From NCBI GenBank assembly GCA_013115145.1, contig JAAPAO010000241.1, positions 1 to 48,419 on the forward strand: a DNA stretch of 48,419 nucleotides, read 5' to 3'. A program made the position numbers and the translations under genes. Origin of the DNA: Perkinsus chesapeaki ATCC PRA-425 (Eukaryota; Protista; Perkinsozoa). This document shows positions 1 to 14,842 of the stretch, piece after piece. The notes beneath the pieces were generated by a model. It did no database searches and was not told the origin of the DNA. It worked only from the letters and a program-made list of their open reading frames with translations. Position 1 is the stretch's first letter, and each line of letters opens with the position of its first letter.

Positions 1-2
1 GC

Positions 3-881
3 GGCCCGATCAAGCCTCCGGTGTCTTCCTTGCGAAGCACCATCCAGGTTAACGATCGTTGGTTTCTGGACACGGTAGGACCGCTACCAGCCAGTTCTGT
101 CCATAACTTCCGGCATGTGCTATCTATCCAAGACGCGGCCAGCTCACTGGTGTTCTTCTTGCCCTTATGTGCTACTAGTACTGCGGCCATCATTGCAGCC
201 ATCGAAGAGAAACTTTTTAGTTTCATTCAGCCTCCCCGGTGTTTTACTGTTGACAACGCCGCCTCTTTCCAAGCAGTAGCTTTCAAGGGCTGGGCAGCCA
301 GCTGGGGCGTTAGGGTATTCTTTAACCCGCCGTATAGTGCACATCGCAATGGGAGTTTGGAACGGCAGCATGGAGTGTTGAAGCAGGTTCTGAAGTGCCT
401 CTGTAGGGGCAACATTGACGAATGGCCATCGTTCCTTCCAGTTGCGCAGCGGCGGTGTAACTCTCGTACTATCTATGGTGACTACACCCCCTACCAGCTG
501 TATTTTGGTATGGAAGACTCGTCTTTCTTCGCTCGTCGGTTTGAAGACATTGCGCCTTCCTTAGATGCCGATACGGTGAAGTTTGAGGCGAAGCGCCGGG
601 CAGCTCGGCGTGAAGCCAATCTCCGACATGTCCATCAAGCTTTGGATGCCGCCGAGGCCGATACTCTACTGAAGTTGTCGACGGCAAGAAGGATAGTATC
701 CCGAAGACGAGTGTTCCAAGTTGGCCAGAAGGTGTTAAAGTGGACAGGTTCGACTACTTCGCTAGGTGTCAACTGGAGCGGCCCTCATGTTATCACTGAG
801 TGCTGCGGTCCTAACCAGATGACCTACCGTTTAAGTGATGGATCCACTCAAGATTCTCATAATCTGTGCCTCTATCATTAA
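3..881 (+). CDS. Retrotransposon integrase (rve core plus GPY/F-like C-terminus), 5'-truncated by window edge
   Basis: Frame open from base 3. DDE residues in LDTVGPL, TVDNA and NGSLERQH. C-terminal WSGPHVI resembles the Gypsy GPY/F motif. No chromodomain seen. Confidence 0.9.
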   Translation, partial: GPIKPPVSSLRSTIQVNDRWFLDTVGPLPASSVHNFRHVLSIQDAASSLVFFLPLCATSTAAIIAAIEEKLFSFIQPPRCFTVDNAASFQAVAFKGWAASWGVRVFFNPPYSAHRNGSLERQHGVLKQVLKCLCRGNIDEWPSFLPVAQRRCNSRTIYGDYTPYQLYFGMEDSSFFARRFEDIAPSLDADTVKFEAKRRAARREANLRHVHQALDAAEADTLLKLSTARRIVSRRRVFQVGQKVLKWTGSTTSLGVNWSGPHVITECCGPNQMTYRLSDGSTQDSHNLCLYH

Positions 882-1014
882 TTTATTGATCTCATATTTC
901 TCACTATGTATATGATTCTGATCCGATGATGCATATATTTGGATCGTCTGATTCGAGTAGATGCGATATTGTATATCTGTGCATTTCATTCGTATATACG
1001 ATGGCATTTCCTAC

Positions 1015-1025
1015 GGTGGGAGGAG
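1015..1025 (+). other. Polypurine tract (plus-strand primer)
   Basis: GGTGGGAGGAG directly abuts the TG that starts the LTR. Confidence 0.7.
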
Positions 1026-1216
1026 TGTTATGATAGTGTCTCCCATTGTGTCTGAGAGGGTCCGTCGCGCCCGCCCCAGGCTAGGCTAGTAACGGCTGAG
1101 TAACCGTATCTCTCAGTTCGATGTATTGCACTATTATACCCATTATTTTATCTCTCACAATGCCGGCGTCGGGTTCACAGGGATCTGGTGAAGCGGAACT
1201 ACCGTTTATTATAACA
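1026..1216 (+). repeat. 3' LTR (191 bp)
   Basis: Starts TGTTAT, ends ATAACA (perfect 6-bp inverted repeat), immediately after the PPT. Partner 5' LTR is not in the window. Confidence 0.7.
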
Positions 1217-1354
1217 GCGCTGAGAATCGATCAGTATGGCGAGCGCTAATGCACGTTACTTTTTCGGGTCCCGCCGGTCCTGGCTTATGCCATCCATCCT
1301 GGCTTCACCTATCTAACATTCAGGGTTTTTCAACGGACCATTGCGTTCCGTGTC

Positions 1355-1433
1355 TCCTTGTTCGTCTCTCCATCTACTCGTTTTCTCCTCCTCCCCTTCC
1401 CGGTTACCTCTATTCTACCTCGGCTGTGCCAAG
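1355..1433 (+). promoter_or_regulatory. Pyrimidine-rich tract plus AG just upstream of the MetRS ATG; possible spliced-leader trans-splice acceptor
   Basis: C/T-rich run ending ...gtgccAAG|caaccATG. The function is inferred only. Confidence 0.3.
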
Positions 1434-1438
1434 CAACC

Positions 1439-4338
<2,900 letters not shown>

Positions 4339-4458
4339 GCTATGGCAACGATGAGATCTATCATTCACGATTCTGTGTTTCTCTTGCACTGTCGAACTAC
4401 ATGTTGTGCGGTTAATTGAGGGGTGAGTGCCTGTTGGGGACAGTTAATTCGGTCTGGA

Positions 4459-6347
4459 ATGCAAAGAGAGACTAATAACACGATATCGGAGGAAAAGGTG
4501 GAACGGATACGGCGCAAGTAAGGAGTCATCGTAGTTGGAGAGGAGTGGATATTAGGATGGCAAACGAGAACAGTCTAAGGCAGCAAGCAGGCATGAGCAT
4601 AATGAATGATAGAAGGGTCCATAGGGGGAACACTTATGCTAGGCTAGCACACAAGGGAGGGCTTGGGATCGATGCTGGTAGGGTGGTGGAGATGGGTAGG
4701 TAGAGTAGGAGAAGGAGGCTTAGGTGTAATTGAGAAGGAGCGCGAGATGCAGCGGAGGAAGCTGCAGCAAGCAGATCGAGCAAGGAAGGCTGATGAAGTG
4801 AGGCGATCTCATCTTGACAGTCCAAGAGGGATCTTAGGTTGGCCGAGGCCGCCGCACTCCTGATCCGGTAGCGAACCGTCGACATATGGACATCCAGACG
4901 GATGAGTATTACGAAAAGTTGACGGCAATGATAAGAGAGTAACTGTTGGTGAGTGTCGGTAGTGCATGATGATGATGGTATTGCCAGGCATGATGCGGAG
5001 ACACAGACACCTTTCGAGAATGACAGGCCACCTAGCCCGTTGTTTATACCAGCCAAGAGCGGTAGTGATGCCGGTACTCAAATATTAGACGGTGAACTAT
5101 TCGACTTTGATAAGGAGGTAGGGGGGCTAATAAGGGCTGTCCAATATCCTGTACCCGGCGGTGGTACGCCATCGGCTTGAGCTCATCTGGTGATCTATGG
5201 CCGGTAATGAGATACTGCCGCATAAGTGATGCTTATTTATATAAGATAGTACACAGGCAGTGCGTTGGGGGTGTTCTGCTTGATCGTTAAGTTAACTATT
5301 GCTTACTATTTACGACTATTATCTCAACTGTTATGGGGTTCTTTGAGTCGTTTGTGAAAGAGTTAGCGGAAGTCCTCCTGATGTGAAGTTGTATAGGTGA
5401 TACCTATACTAGAGGTTGTGGTGGGAAGGACCATTGAACGAGCATTGATGGAGGTGTTAGAAGAAGAGGAGTTGAAGGCTATACGACAAAGGCAGACAGA
5501 GTAGCGAGACTTAGCTTGGAGCCAACACTGGGGGAGGGTGCTCTCAGATTTGCCGCACTTCGACACGCAGAGTTGCTGGAGGCTCAGCGCATGGAAGGCG
5601 TTGAGCAGCGTAGGTCAGATGAGAAGGCCAGGAGGGTGGCCCAGGAGCAGCTAAGGCTTCGAGTTGAGGAGGTGAGCCACCGCTGCAACTGCCGCTGGTG
5701 ATTGCCTCTACAAAAGGTGGTGCGACGGAAGGTGATGTCGAGGCAGCTAGCGCGGCATGTTGTTGGTGAGTTGGAGGCGGAAACATTGAGAGCATTGGAG
5801 AAGCTTGGCAAGTTCGATGACCCGCGAATGGTGAGCGTCGGGCTCGATCGTCCGGTGCAGCAGTCGGTTTAGATCGAAGTGGACACCAAGATATTCCCGC
5901 AAATGATGGCGATGGCAGCTGAGGAGGCGAGGCTGAGGAAGGCCTGCTCGCGGGTTACTGCTGAGCTGGTTGTGGCTGCCTGTTCGAAACGGATAAGCAA
6001 ATTCACAGAATGTCGCGATAAGTAAGGCGTGAAGGGCGCAGGTTCGACTCCTGGCAACGATGATCGCTCTCAGATGGCTAGCGGGGCGGGGTGCTGTGGA
6101 GGACATTGTATCGGCTGCCGAGAAGGAGAGTAAGAATATATCAGACATCGAAGAGCTGGAGGCGGCTCGGATAGAAGAAGAAAGGAATTTGTTGAAGTCG
6201 TGGGACGCTTACGAAGTGAGTTCTGCTGCTCGACACAGAGCATGTCCCTGTCAGGATCCCGCGACACCGGTTCCGGAACCAGTAGAGGAGGAGGGTGAGC
6301 AAGTCGAAGGGGAAGCAGCAGAGGGCGAAGGTGAGCAGGAACTGTAA
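4459..6347 (+). CDS. RSP3: Radial spoke protein 3 (multi-exon; start approximate)
   Basis: IMNDRRVHRGNTYA, DAETQTPFENDRPPSPLFIPAKSGSDAGTQILDGELFDFDKE / VIPILEVVVGRTIERALMEVLEEEEL / RHAELLEAQRME match the RSP3 domain. Acidic tail ends EGEQEL*. Confidence 0.9.
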
Positions 6348-6526
6348 ATTTGGCTGCTATGGCTGTTTTTAGGAGATGACGTCGATGCGTGATTGCCGAT
6401 GAGAATCTTTGTTGTTCATGATGAATGAGAAGTTGTGACTACTGTCGTCGTATATACAAAAGGTGTTGTGTTGCCTAGTAAAGTGTCATAGTTGCAGCAA
6501 CTTGTTGACGGGAAAGATCGGCGATA

Positions 6527-9500
6527 ATGTCACACCAAGTGACCACAATGCGATACTCGGAGGGAGATAATCTCGATCCAATAACACCTGTCGAAAGATC
6601 GCCTCCGCGTCGCAGGAAGGTTCCACTGTGGAACAAGCAGGATGCTCTGAAGTATGTCGAGTAGCTGTCCACGGTAGAGTGAAGCACTCTCGTAGGCTAC
6701 CAGTGCTAACGACAATGAATCGGTGGCAGAGACAACGAAAGCATTGGGGTCATCGAAAACTGAAGCCATCGGAGACCAGCCGTACATCTTCTAGACGTAA
6801 GGATTCTCGTCTGTTATACGTCCCCTCTCGAGGCAGGAATGACATCCACAGAAGAGTCTTCATTGACGTCGATAATGCCACTGGAGCGATCTGACAGTCT
6901 GGACCACCGGCACGGCACAGAGATACTTCGCATGCTGGCTGATGGGCTGGACCAGAGCGAAACCTACGACATTGTTCTGCCTCCGATTGAGAGTCGGCAT
7001 CGAGCAGCTCCGCGGCGATACCACGAGCATTCGGCAAGATCTCGAAGAGTGAGGCAATAGTGCGAGTCTGCGAAGAAGAGCATCTGCTGGTCAGGTCGCG
7101 GCAAGTGCTGCCGTGATGAAAACGCATAGAGAAACGTACCAGGATTTGAAGCGACAAGCTGTGGAGGCGAGCCGTACATTGGCGAAATCGATTGCGGCCA
7201 GGGACTCGGCAGCGGCACAGCTCAGACGGGAGGAAGAGGAACTCGAGACGCTTATGGTGACGGTCGACCACACGGCCTGCGGATTTTGCATACGCTGACT
7301 TCAGGCCAGAGTGTACGAGTTGGCGGACGGTGACAATGAAGCCTTTTATGAGTACAGAACTGCAAGGGCAAAAGGGACTGAAGATTTACACTGGTGGCTC
7401 ATGCCGACAGCGTTTAGGGGTCGGCAACGGATTTCTGTGTGCTTCTCTTAGGCATGGGGGCGATGTGGATGGGCAACGTGTACTCTCGAGATGCGACGCT
7501 GCTGCTTCGGGCGGTGAGGTAGGTCCGATTGGAATTGGAGTGTTCGAGAGCATAGTGTGGTAGGCCACACCAGCAGCAACGCCGTCTGCATTATGTGAGC
7601 CGAGTAGCCAAGCCAGGAGTTCATCTGGCGATCATCAACGACAGAGATGCCATGATCGAGAGAAGAAAGCGCAGCGGTGCCTCAAGGAATTGCGTGACTC
7701 CTTGAAGATGTGTGCGCGGCAAGAAGCGCCGTGCTGGCTGGACTGCTATAACAGAGCGGTTGACGAGGTTATGAGCGTGCTGCGCGAAGAGATAATGGAG
7801 TCGATGAATCCCGAAGAGAGTGCAAAAGAATTGAAGGACATTCTTCACGCAATTGAGGATGAACTGTCTCGCCCTGCACGGGAGCTCCCCAGAAGCCTTC
7901 TCATGCCTCGAGGAACACCTCCACTACCACTGCCGTTTGATGAACTTTGCGAGGCTTTAGAAAAACAAATGGCTGTGGACGAGGAGTCGGCCCAGGACAG
8001 GGCGAAAACTTCCTTTGAAATTGCTCGAGCTCATGCGGAGACCAAGGAAGCCTTGAAGAATGAGCGAGCCTATCATGCTGCTTTGGAAGAGGAATTCAGC
8101 AGGGATTTCGAGATCGGCGAACGTCGGTTGAACGACTTGCGAGAAAAAGAGGCACTCCCGGGAGGAGACGAATGGTGGATGGCTTCTTTCCATACATTCT
8201 TATTAAGGGAAATGAGAGAAATAGAAAGGCAAGTTGAAATAGACGAAGTGGATCTAAAGACCATAGCCGCGCTCAAACCGAGGGCCGTCGAAGGACAGGT
8301 GGGAGCTTCTAGTGATGAAGTCGATAGGGAGATTGAGCAGCTTGTTAGCAGGCGGCATATGACTGATAGGGCGCGCCTTAGGACGATAGAGTTGTGGCTG
8401 GAGAACGCTAGGCGAGATACTGCGACGCAACTTGAAGAAAGCTGCGAGCCGGGCGAACTCCGAGAGACGCTCATACCATATCATTGCCAACTGTCGAGAG
8501 CTGAAACTAGAACATCGTATGGCCAAACGGATTCGGAAACCTATGTGAGCTCGTGGAAGGCATGGCAAGGCGAGCGCGAACTGACAGACGGTGCGCGTAT
8601 CGAAACAACTATAACATATCGTAGGAATAACGAAGACATGTTAATAGAAGTGTCTCTCGAGGACATGAGCCATCCTCTTTACCACTACACTCAAATTGCT
8701 TCCATTTTTATGCCCTCTGTGGGAGCGATAGAACTGGACCTTGGACTGGCCGACCCATCGTGGGGAGAGGCTTCGCAGAGCTCCAGATCAACCACACGGA
8801 AGGGAAGCGAAAGTAAAGGAACAGTGCCTCACTTGGAGATTGAGGAACAACTCAAAGAGGCAGCCTCCAGGGTGGCGGACCTCATCGATGTTGATTACGT
8901 TAAGGGTCTGCCTGTTGTATCTCTCCGAAAGCAGTGTGTTGCTTGGCGAGATGGCAGCGTTGCATTGAAGACGACCACCAAAAAATTAGACGAGATGGTG
9001 GGAAAATAGATAGTGATACGTCCGCAATCACCTTTTCTCAGGCCATTCAGAAAGAGCTCGTCGAGTTGGTCTCTCAAGATGTGCTCACCGATGGTATCCA
9101 GCTGCCATTTCACGCGTCGTTGTTTGTTCCCCGAGACCCCCTGGTAAGGGAATATGTTGCTTCATCAGACGATTCATGCTAGGTTGGGTTGCGAGTGTGT
9201 TTACTAGTCGTCTCTTCAAGACTGCTGGAGCTGAAACTCCCTCCGATCGCGACGTCGGTCGTCCGTGCATTGAGAGCGCTGAACGTAGAGTGCAACTCAA
9301 GAGGGATTGAAGCACTAGCAGGCGCGCGGTCGAGGGGAAGTGATCCGTCTCTATGGATTGACACATCCAAGAGAACCGAGGTGGCACTAACCCAACACCA
9401 TTATGCCTAGCAATCATTTAGGCTCTGGTGCGAGCAATGCTCATCGAGACGAACCTTTTTGCGAGTCTCGCGGAGTGCCCTACCCTTCTGCCTTCTCTTA

Positions 9501-9637
9501 CCCTTACCGAGATTTGTATACGAGGAGAACTCACAGAGGAAGATTCGGAGACGTTGGGGTTCCGCCCTCTAGCCGTCGACATTTTGGTTCATCCGGACGG
9601 GCGCCTGGGCATGAGATGCACGCGACAGCATCCTTGA
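6527..9637 (+). CDS. Hypothetical coiled-coil protein (multi-exon, one ~1.3-kb exon); family not recognised
   Basis: Successive + strand ORFs (7113-7298, 7690-9009, 9189-9410, 9428-9637) with Glu/Arg/Leu-rich helical composition and GT-AG breaks. Boundaries uncertain. Confidence 0.5.
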
Positions 9638-9940
9638 ACAGCCGGTTTAGAACCAAACTCTTCAACTAGGAGTCCAGTTCACTTGTCCATGGGAAGATGC
9701 GCATGATTACTTATTCACGGTGTACTATTGTAAAATTACTGTTTCTTCATCCAGTGTGCTTCTTTTGTTTGGAGCTACCGGAATCGCCAAGGCAAACTAG
9801 TAGTTTTAATCTACACTTCAACTTGAACCATTTAAAGACATAAATGCATTGGATCCTGGCCATTCGCTGTTATGGCATATGCAATGTGCACTTCAATTCA
9901 CACTGCACAATGGCACATTCACGTAGGAATGTCAAACGCG

Positions 9941-9944
9941 AAAA
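9941..9944 (-). terminator. Pol III oligo-T terminator of tRNA-Leu
   Basis: TTTT on the minus strand immediately after the discriminator base. Confidence 0.6.
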
Positions 9945-10026
9945 TGAGTGCTGTGGGGTTCGAACCCACGCGGACACTGTCCAGTGGATCTTAAGTCCAC
10001 CCCCTTAACCACTCGGGCAAACACTC
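9945..10026 (-). tRNA. trnL-TAA: tRNA-Leu (anticodon TAA), intronless, long variable arm
   Basis: Minus strand reads GAGTGTTTGCCCGAGTGGTTAAGGGGGTGGACTTAAGATCCACTGGACAGTGTCCGCGTGGGTTCGAACCCCACAGCACTCA. Acceptor stem GAGTGTT/AGCACTC, anticodon stem GTGGA/TCCAC, T-loop GTTCGAA. Confidence 0.97.
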
Positions 10027-10285
10027 TGATACCGAGAAGATCAGTGAGTTAACCTCGCCTCGAAGCTCATGCTCATAATCGGTCGAAGCCCGGTAGAATC
10101 CGAGTGTTCCATTCAAATCTGTACGCATGACTTCGAAGGGCTGGAAACCCCGACTTGCGCAGCTGGGCAATCGCGACGGCTACAGGTGAGTGCGTAAATA
10201 CAATGTCACCGACTATCATCCCCGGTATCCCTACTTCGTGACTTGAAACTCAACTCGCAGTAAAGTAATTGGTAAACGTAACGTC

Positions 10286-11484
10286 TCACATACGTTTCTG
10301 TCGCTTATTAGACATTTTGTAATCTTGATGAGTACCAGTTTTCCTACCCCAGGACTCGCTACTGCCATGGTCGCCTTGGAACTTATTTTTTCGCTTCTGC
10401 GACTTCATTATATTTCGCTGGCGCTTATACTCAGGATCGTATTGGTCATAGTAAGTTAGAGGCAGCTCATGAACATCCTTAACCGCGAGAACGCCCTCCA
10501 TGTCAGCCATGGCAGACTGCATCTCTTCTGCAGTACAGACATCGCAACCGTTGATAAACCAAAACGAAGGAAAGGGGCTCGTTTTCGCCTCATCGGCGCT
10601 AGCTCGCAGATGCTTAGGGGTTTGATAAACTAAAGAAAAACAGTTGTCGATTCACCTCAAGCTTAGAATGGGATCGGTCAGACGAAAGAACAGGAATCGC
10701 AGAGTCTATTTGAATGGCTCAGTTTGTAATGCGCGGTCTCACCGTATCGCTTTTTGGGGGCCACGAAGAACATGCCAGACTGGCCAGGCATCGCAATTAG
10801 ATCCTTATAATAGTCCTTCATGTACACCCAGTTCGGGACTAACCACAACCAAGGTTTCCCCTTCTTGCCGACGAACGTAGCGAGTCTCGCAGGCTAAGGA
10901 GACGATGATAGAATCGAGCTGGATTCACGGTGATCGAGACAGCGACATCACGTCAGTTGATTACGATACTCGATTCGGTTGGCGCAACACTTACATGGTC
11001 TCCGCTGTAGGGTGGATTAGTGAGAAGAACGTCGAAATCGGGGGACTCGGCTGTGTAGAAATCTTCGCACTTGTTGTATACACTTTTGAAGCCAAGCGCC
11101 TCCAAGTTCGCAACAACAGCGCCATCACAGTAGTATCTGAGGGATACTACTCTTTTGTCGATAGGATACAGCCTCTACGGATCGTAGATCTTGAGCTCAT
11201 CCTTTGCCTTCCCTAGTTTCCTCGCTATTAGCTCCAATATCGGCGCAATATGGCCGTATCTGAAGAACTCACTCAACTCTGTCAAAAGGTTGTCGGTCAA
11301 CAGCATACGCTCTCGCGGGAGATTCAGCGTGATCTAGAGATTCTGTCGGGTACGGAAATGCCTTGGCCAGAACCTCTTCGACGGTCTCAGTGGTTGTCGG
11401 ACTCTCTGCCGTCGAAGCTTGATTATCCAAGGGCTTCTTTTGCTGCTTCTTATTCTTACGTCGGTTTGGCTTTGTTCTGGCCAT
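10286..11484 (-). CDS. Putative SAM-dependent amino-methyltransferase (NPPY motif; N6-adenine MTase-like), 5 exons, ~297 aa
   Basis: Exons 11484-11309, 11259-11179, 11136-10995, 10893-10743 and 10629-10286 join in frame through GT-AG introns. Motifs DHAESP, IYDPYYCDG, EDFY, FDVLLTNPPYSGDH, KTSPFPSFWF. Basic N- and C-termini. Confidence 0.8.
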
Positions 11485-11658
11485 GGCTTGCTGAACTATT
11501 CAAGGACGGTGGTTGCAGTGTAGACGTGTGGAGTAAGCCTCGGATACGGTGCCAACAAACACTTGGGAAAATAGGAAAAGCGACTAGATTGACAGGAGGC
11601 AATAAAGCCGAAACATGTTGCGGCTATTAAACAATAGTAGTACCATTTCTAGAAATAT

Positions 11659-14218
11659 TCATACTGCAAATTCATCTGGCAGGGAGCGAGTCGAAGATAG
11701 GTTGCAGCAGCCAGTGGAACATGTAGTAGCCTCCACGGCAAATTCAACTGCACTATGGACCTGAGAGAGTAAATAAACAAGATGACCACTATACCTGCTG
11801 CTTACGTCGGTGAAGAAGGGACGGTACATGTCGGACTTCTGAAATGACTCCGATGCCTTACGTAGTCTCTGGTCAATATGGGCATCCTCGAGACATTTAG
11901 CAACTTTACATTTACACGAGGCTAGAACTATAAAACGTCTGCCTTCGTAGCGGCTATGTACAACATCGATGAGGTCGCCAAGAGTGTCTATGCCGGTCGA
12001 GTCGATGAACGAGACTGCCGACATATCTATGACAACCACTTCGACATGGTCCAGCGAGACTTCCTCTAATATACGATCCTTGAAGTAATCGCTATTGGCG
12101 TACCACAACGGAGCTTGGAAGTCTAATACTACAACGCTTGGTATAAGTGCCAGAGCACGGCGCTTCTTGACCGGCACATACGTGATGGTACCGGGAACCC
12201 TACCAAGGCGCTTTATCTTGGTACGCATGCTTGAACGGAAGATGAAGACCAATAGAGTAATGCCAACTGCGGTTGGTACTGCAATCTGTATACCAGTGAA
12301 GACCACAAGACAGAAGGTAAGTATCCATACGATGAAATCTATGAATTGTGACATCTTGAACAACCGCAATGGAGCTCTAAAATCCACCATTTTCATCACA
12401 GCGACGACGACATTAGCAGCCAGCACGGCTTCGGGAAGGTAGTAGAAGACGGACGTCAGTAACAGCAGCACAATCGCTATAACGATAGATCTTACTATAG
12501 CAGTTACTTGTGTCCTGCCACCACATAGTATAGCGGCCGAGGTGTTGCACAAGGAGCCCATCATAGGGAAGCCTCCGAAGACCATTTGGGCACTGTTGGC
12601 AACACCAAGTGAGACGAATTCTCTATTTGGCGATATTGCCTTTCGGCCGCCATACTCTTTATATATTTTTTTAGATAAAGCTATAGACTCTAAGTATCCA
12701 GCAAGACTGGCACTCACGGCCGTCGGGATGAGAGAGACAAAATTCTCGCGCCAGAGGGACTCCCCGGGGAAGAGCGAGAACGGTACCGGGATTCCGCGCG
12801 GTATCTGAAAACAGCGCACAGTAAGCATCATTGGCGACGACAAGGCGACAACTCACATAACCGACTATCTTAATTCCATGCTCATCGTATTGTATGGCAT
12901 ACCCCAACGATATGGATAAGATGAGTGTCGCCAAGGCAGCGTACGGGCGGGTAAGCTTGAACCATCTCATAGTAAATATCTAAACGTAGGCAAGAGCTAT
13001 ACTCGGAAGGAAGTTGGAGATAGGGACTATTACAATAAGAAAAGCTATGCACGAGATGATCACTGTATAAGGGTTGATCTCGTTGAGATTGGTAAATATC
13101 TTAGCCAGAGCGCTTTGGACCAACGTGCTACTCTGGACGTCAATGCCTGAAGTACAGGGGCTTTGGGAGGAGACGATAGAGTCGATCATTCTTCGTACCG
13201 AGGAGCAGTTTCAGTTGTGAGCTGATCACAACCACTGCGATGGAGGTTAGCAGGGCTGACATCAATGGTCTTGAAAGGAACTTCACTATCCAACCGAAGC
13301 GAAGAGTTCCAAGACCGAGATACAAAACTCCGACCTGTGCAGAGGCAGCTGTCCCTTCAGGAAGCCCAGGGAAGACAACTACCATAATGCTTGTCATTAT
13401 TGCCAATGAGCCCTTGTCCTCCGGTGAGATGGGTAAACTCCCGAGGTGAGCTCCGACCAGGAGGCATGGCATAGCCATTGGACCAACGGTCACCAATGAA
13501 GATGATCCCTGAAAACATGAATTCTCCGGAAGCAGTTTTAATGAGATCTTTACTAGTAATGCATAGATAACAGGTGGCAGGATAACCGCATATAGGCCAT
13601 AGACCGGCGGTAGCGCTGCCAAGGAGGAGTAGGCCAGAGCTTGGGGTATCGTAATAGACGAAAGTGCTATAGCTGCTATTATCTCTGCTAAAAGATTCTT
13701 CCGCCAATCATACGGCAACCTATCGGCAAAGTTTGATATACCCAGCCCAAGCGCGTCGGGTACTACCATGCAGGAACCATGTCCTTCAAGAATCTCCTCC
13801 ACCACACACAAACGGCCTTACGCTTCCCAGTGCCTTTGAATCTCTTCCAGATGCCTTTATCGCGGCCGCCAGTGTTCAGAGCCTCCCTGCTCTCATGCGT
13901 GATGATGTTTGAAGTTGGACGCTGCAGCGAGCTGTCGTCTGGCTTATCCACTCCCAAACATAACGATTCATAACCATGAGAGATCTCCTCCAGAAGCGCG
14001 GCTTTCTCCGGTGATATTTTCCTGTACTGCACCGTTAGCAGCTGCAATTGCTGGCGAAAAAGCTCCAATCGCAAGGTGGAGTTATCCTCCAGGCAATTCT
14101 CCTGTGACCACATCACTTGTCGTTCAGATTCTTTTATATAATAATCGAGATCCAACGGTGATTGGGTCGGCAGGTCTAAGAGAGAGATGCCCCTCGGACT
14201 AAGATGCCAACCTACCAT
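11659..14218 (-). CDS. SLC26/SulP family anion (sulfate) transporter with C-terminal STAS domain
   Basis: IPQALAYSSLAALPPVYGLY, GSSSLVTVGP, NREFVSLGVAN, GGRTQVTAIV. STAS motifs FQAPLWYANSDYF and VIDMSAVSFIDSTG. Confidence 0.93.
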
Positions 14219-14842
14219 GCTCGAGGGCCCGCAGTAGCGCCGCTCGACAAGCTGCCGAGTCCGTTATTAAATTACTACTCTGTACTATACTACTACCACT
14301 ACCGCAGCACCATGATGCATTCCTCTTAGAGTCGTTACTCAAAGGATAAGACATTAATAATAGGCAAACCCCTAAAGTGATGACAATGCTACCTTACATG
14401 AAATGAACGACGGTTTTATTCTGGTACTAGGTGCTTAATACTGTAAAAGCAGTTACAGCACGCGAAGAAATCGGTACCACTGATATCCGCAGAGTTCCTC
14501 AATATGGCCATCATCCACCGTTCGAGTAGGACAAATCAACACCAGCAGAATTACCATTTGATACATTGAATTGACACTTGTAATAGATTTGCGACCAGGC
14601 GGGAATAACATATTTCGATACTACGAGATTCAATTAGAGCATGAACGACAACTCCAACTCAACACTATTGCAGCCAGCGCGACATAAGTCATCCACTGCT
14701 ATTCACCAGGCGTCTTCTTTCACTTTACAACAATTAACAAATGCTGCGGGCACCACCGTCCAGGGGTGAGATATTCTACTAGCCCGACTTATCATTATAT
14801 TAGCATGCAATAACAACTATAAGGCCAATGATGGCAGTACCG

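Larger units (their letters stand above)
1..1216 (+). mobile_element. Ty3/Gypsy-type LTR retrotransposon, 3' end (integrase, PPT, 3' LTR); 5' part lies outside the window
   Basis: Integrase ORF followed by a purine tract and a TG...CA bounded LTR with 6-bp terminal inverted repeats. Confidence 0.85.

Noticed and set aside
1358-1438. In-frame upstream extension of MetRS as a possible organellar targeting peptide
   Set aside because: Begins at TTG rather than ATG and coincides with a pyrimidine tract better explained as non-coding.
9945-11484. tRNA plus methyltransferase as an integrated virus or island with att sites
   Set aside because: No duplicated tRNA 3' end, integrase or other viral genes nearby, and the MTase has four spliceosomal introns.
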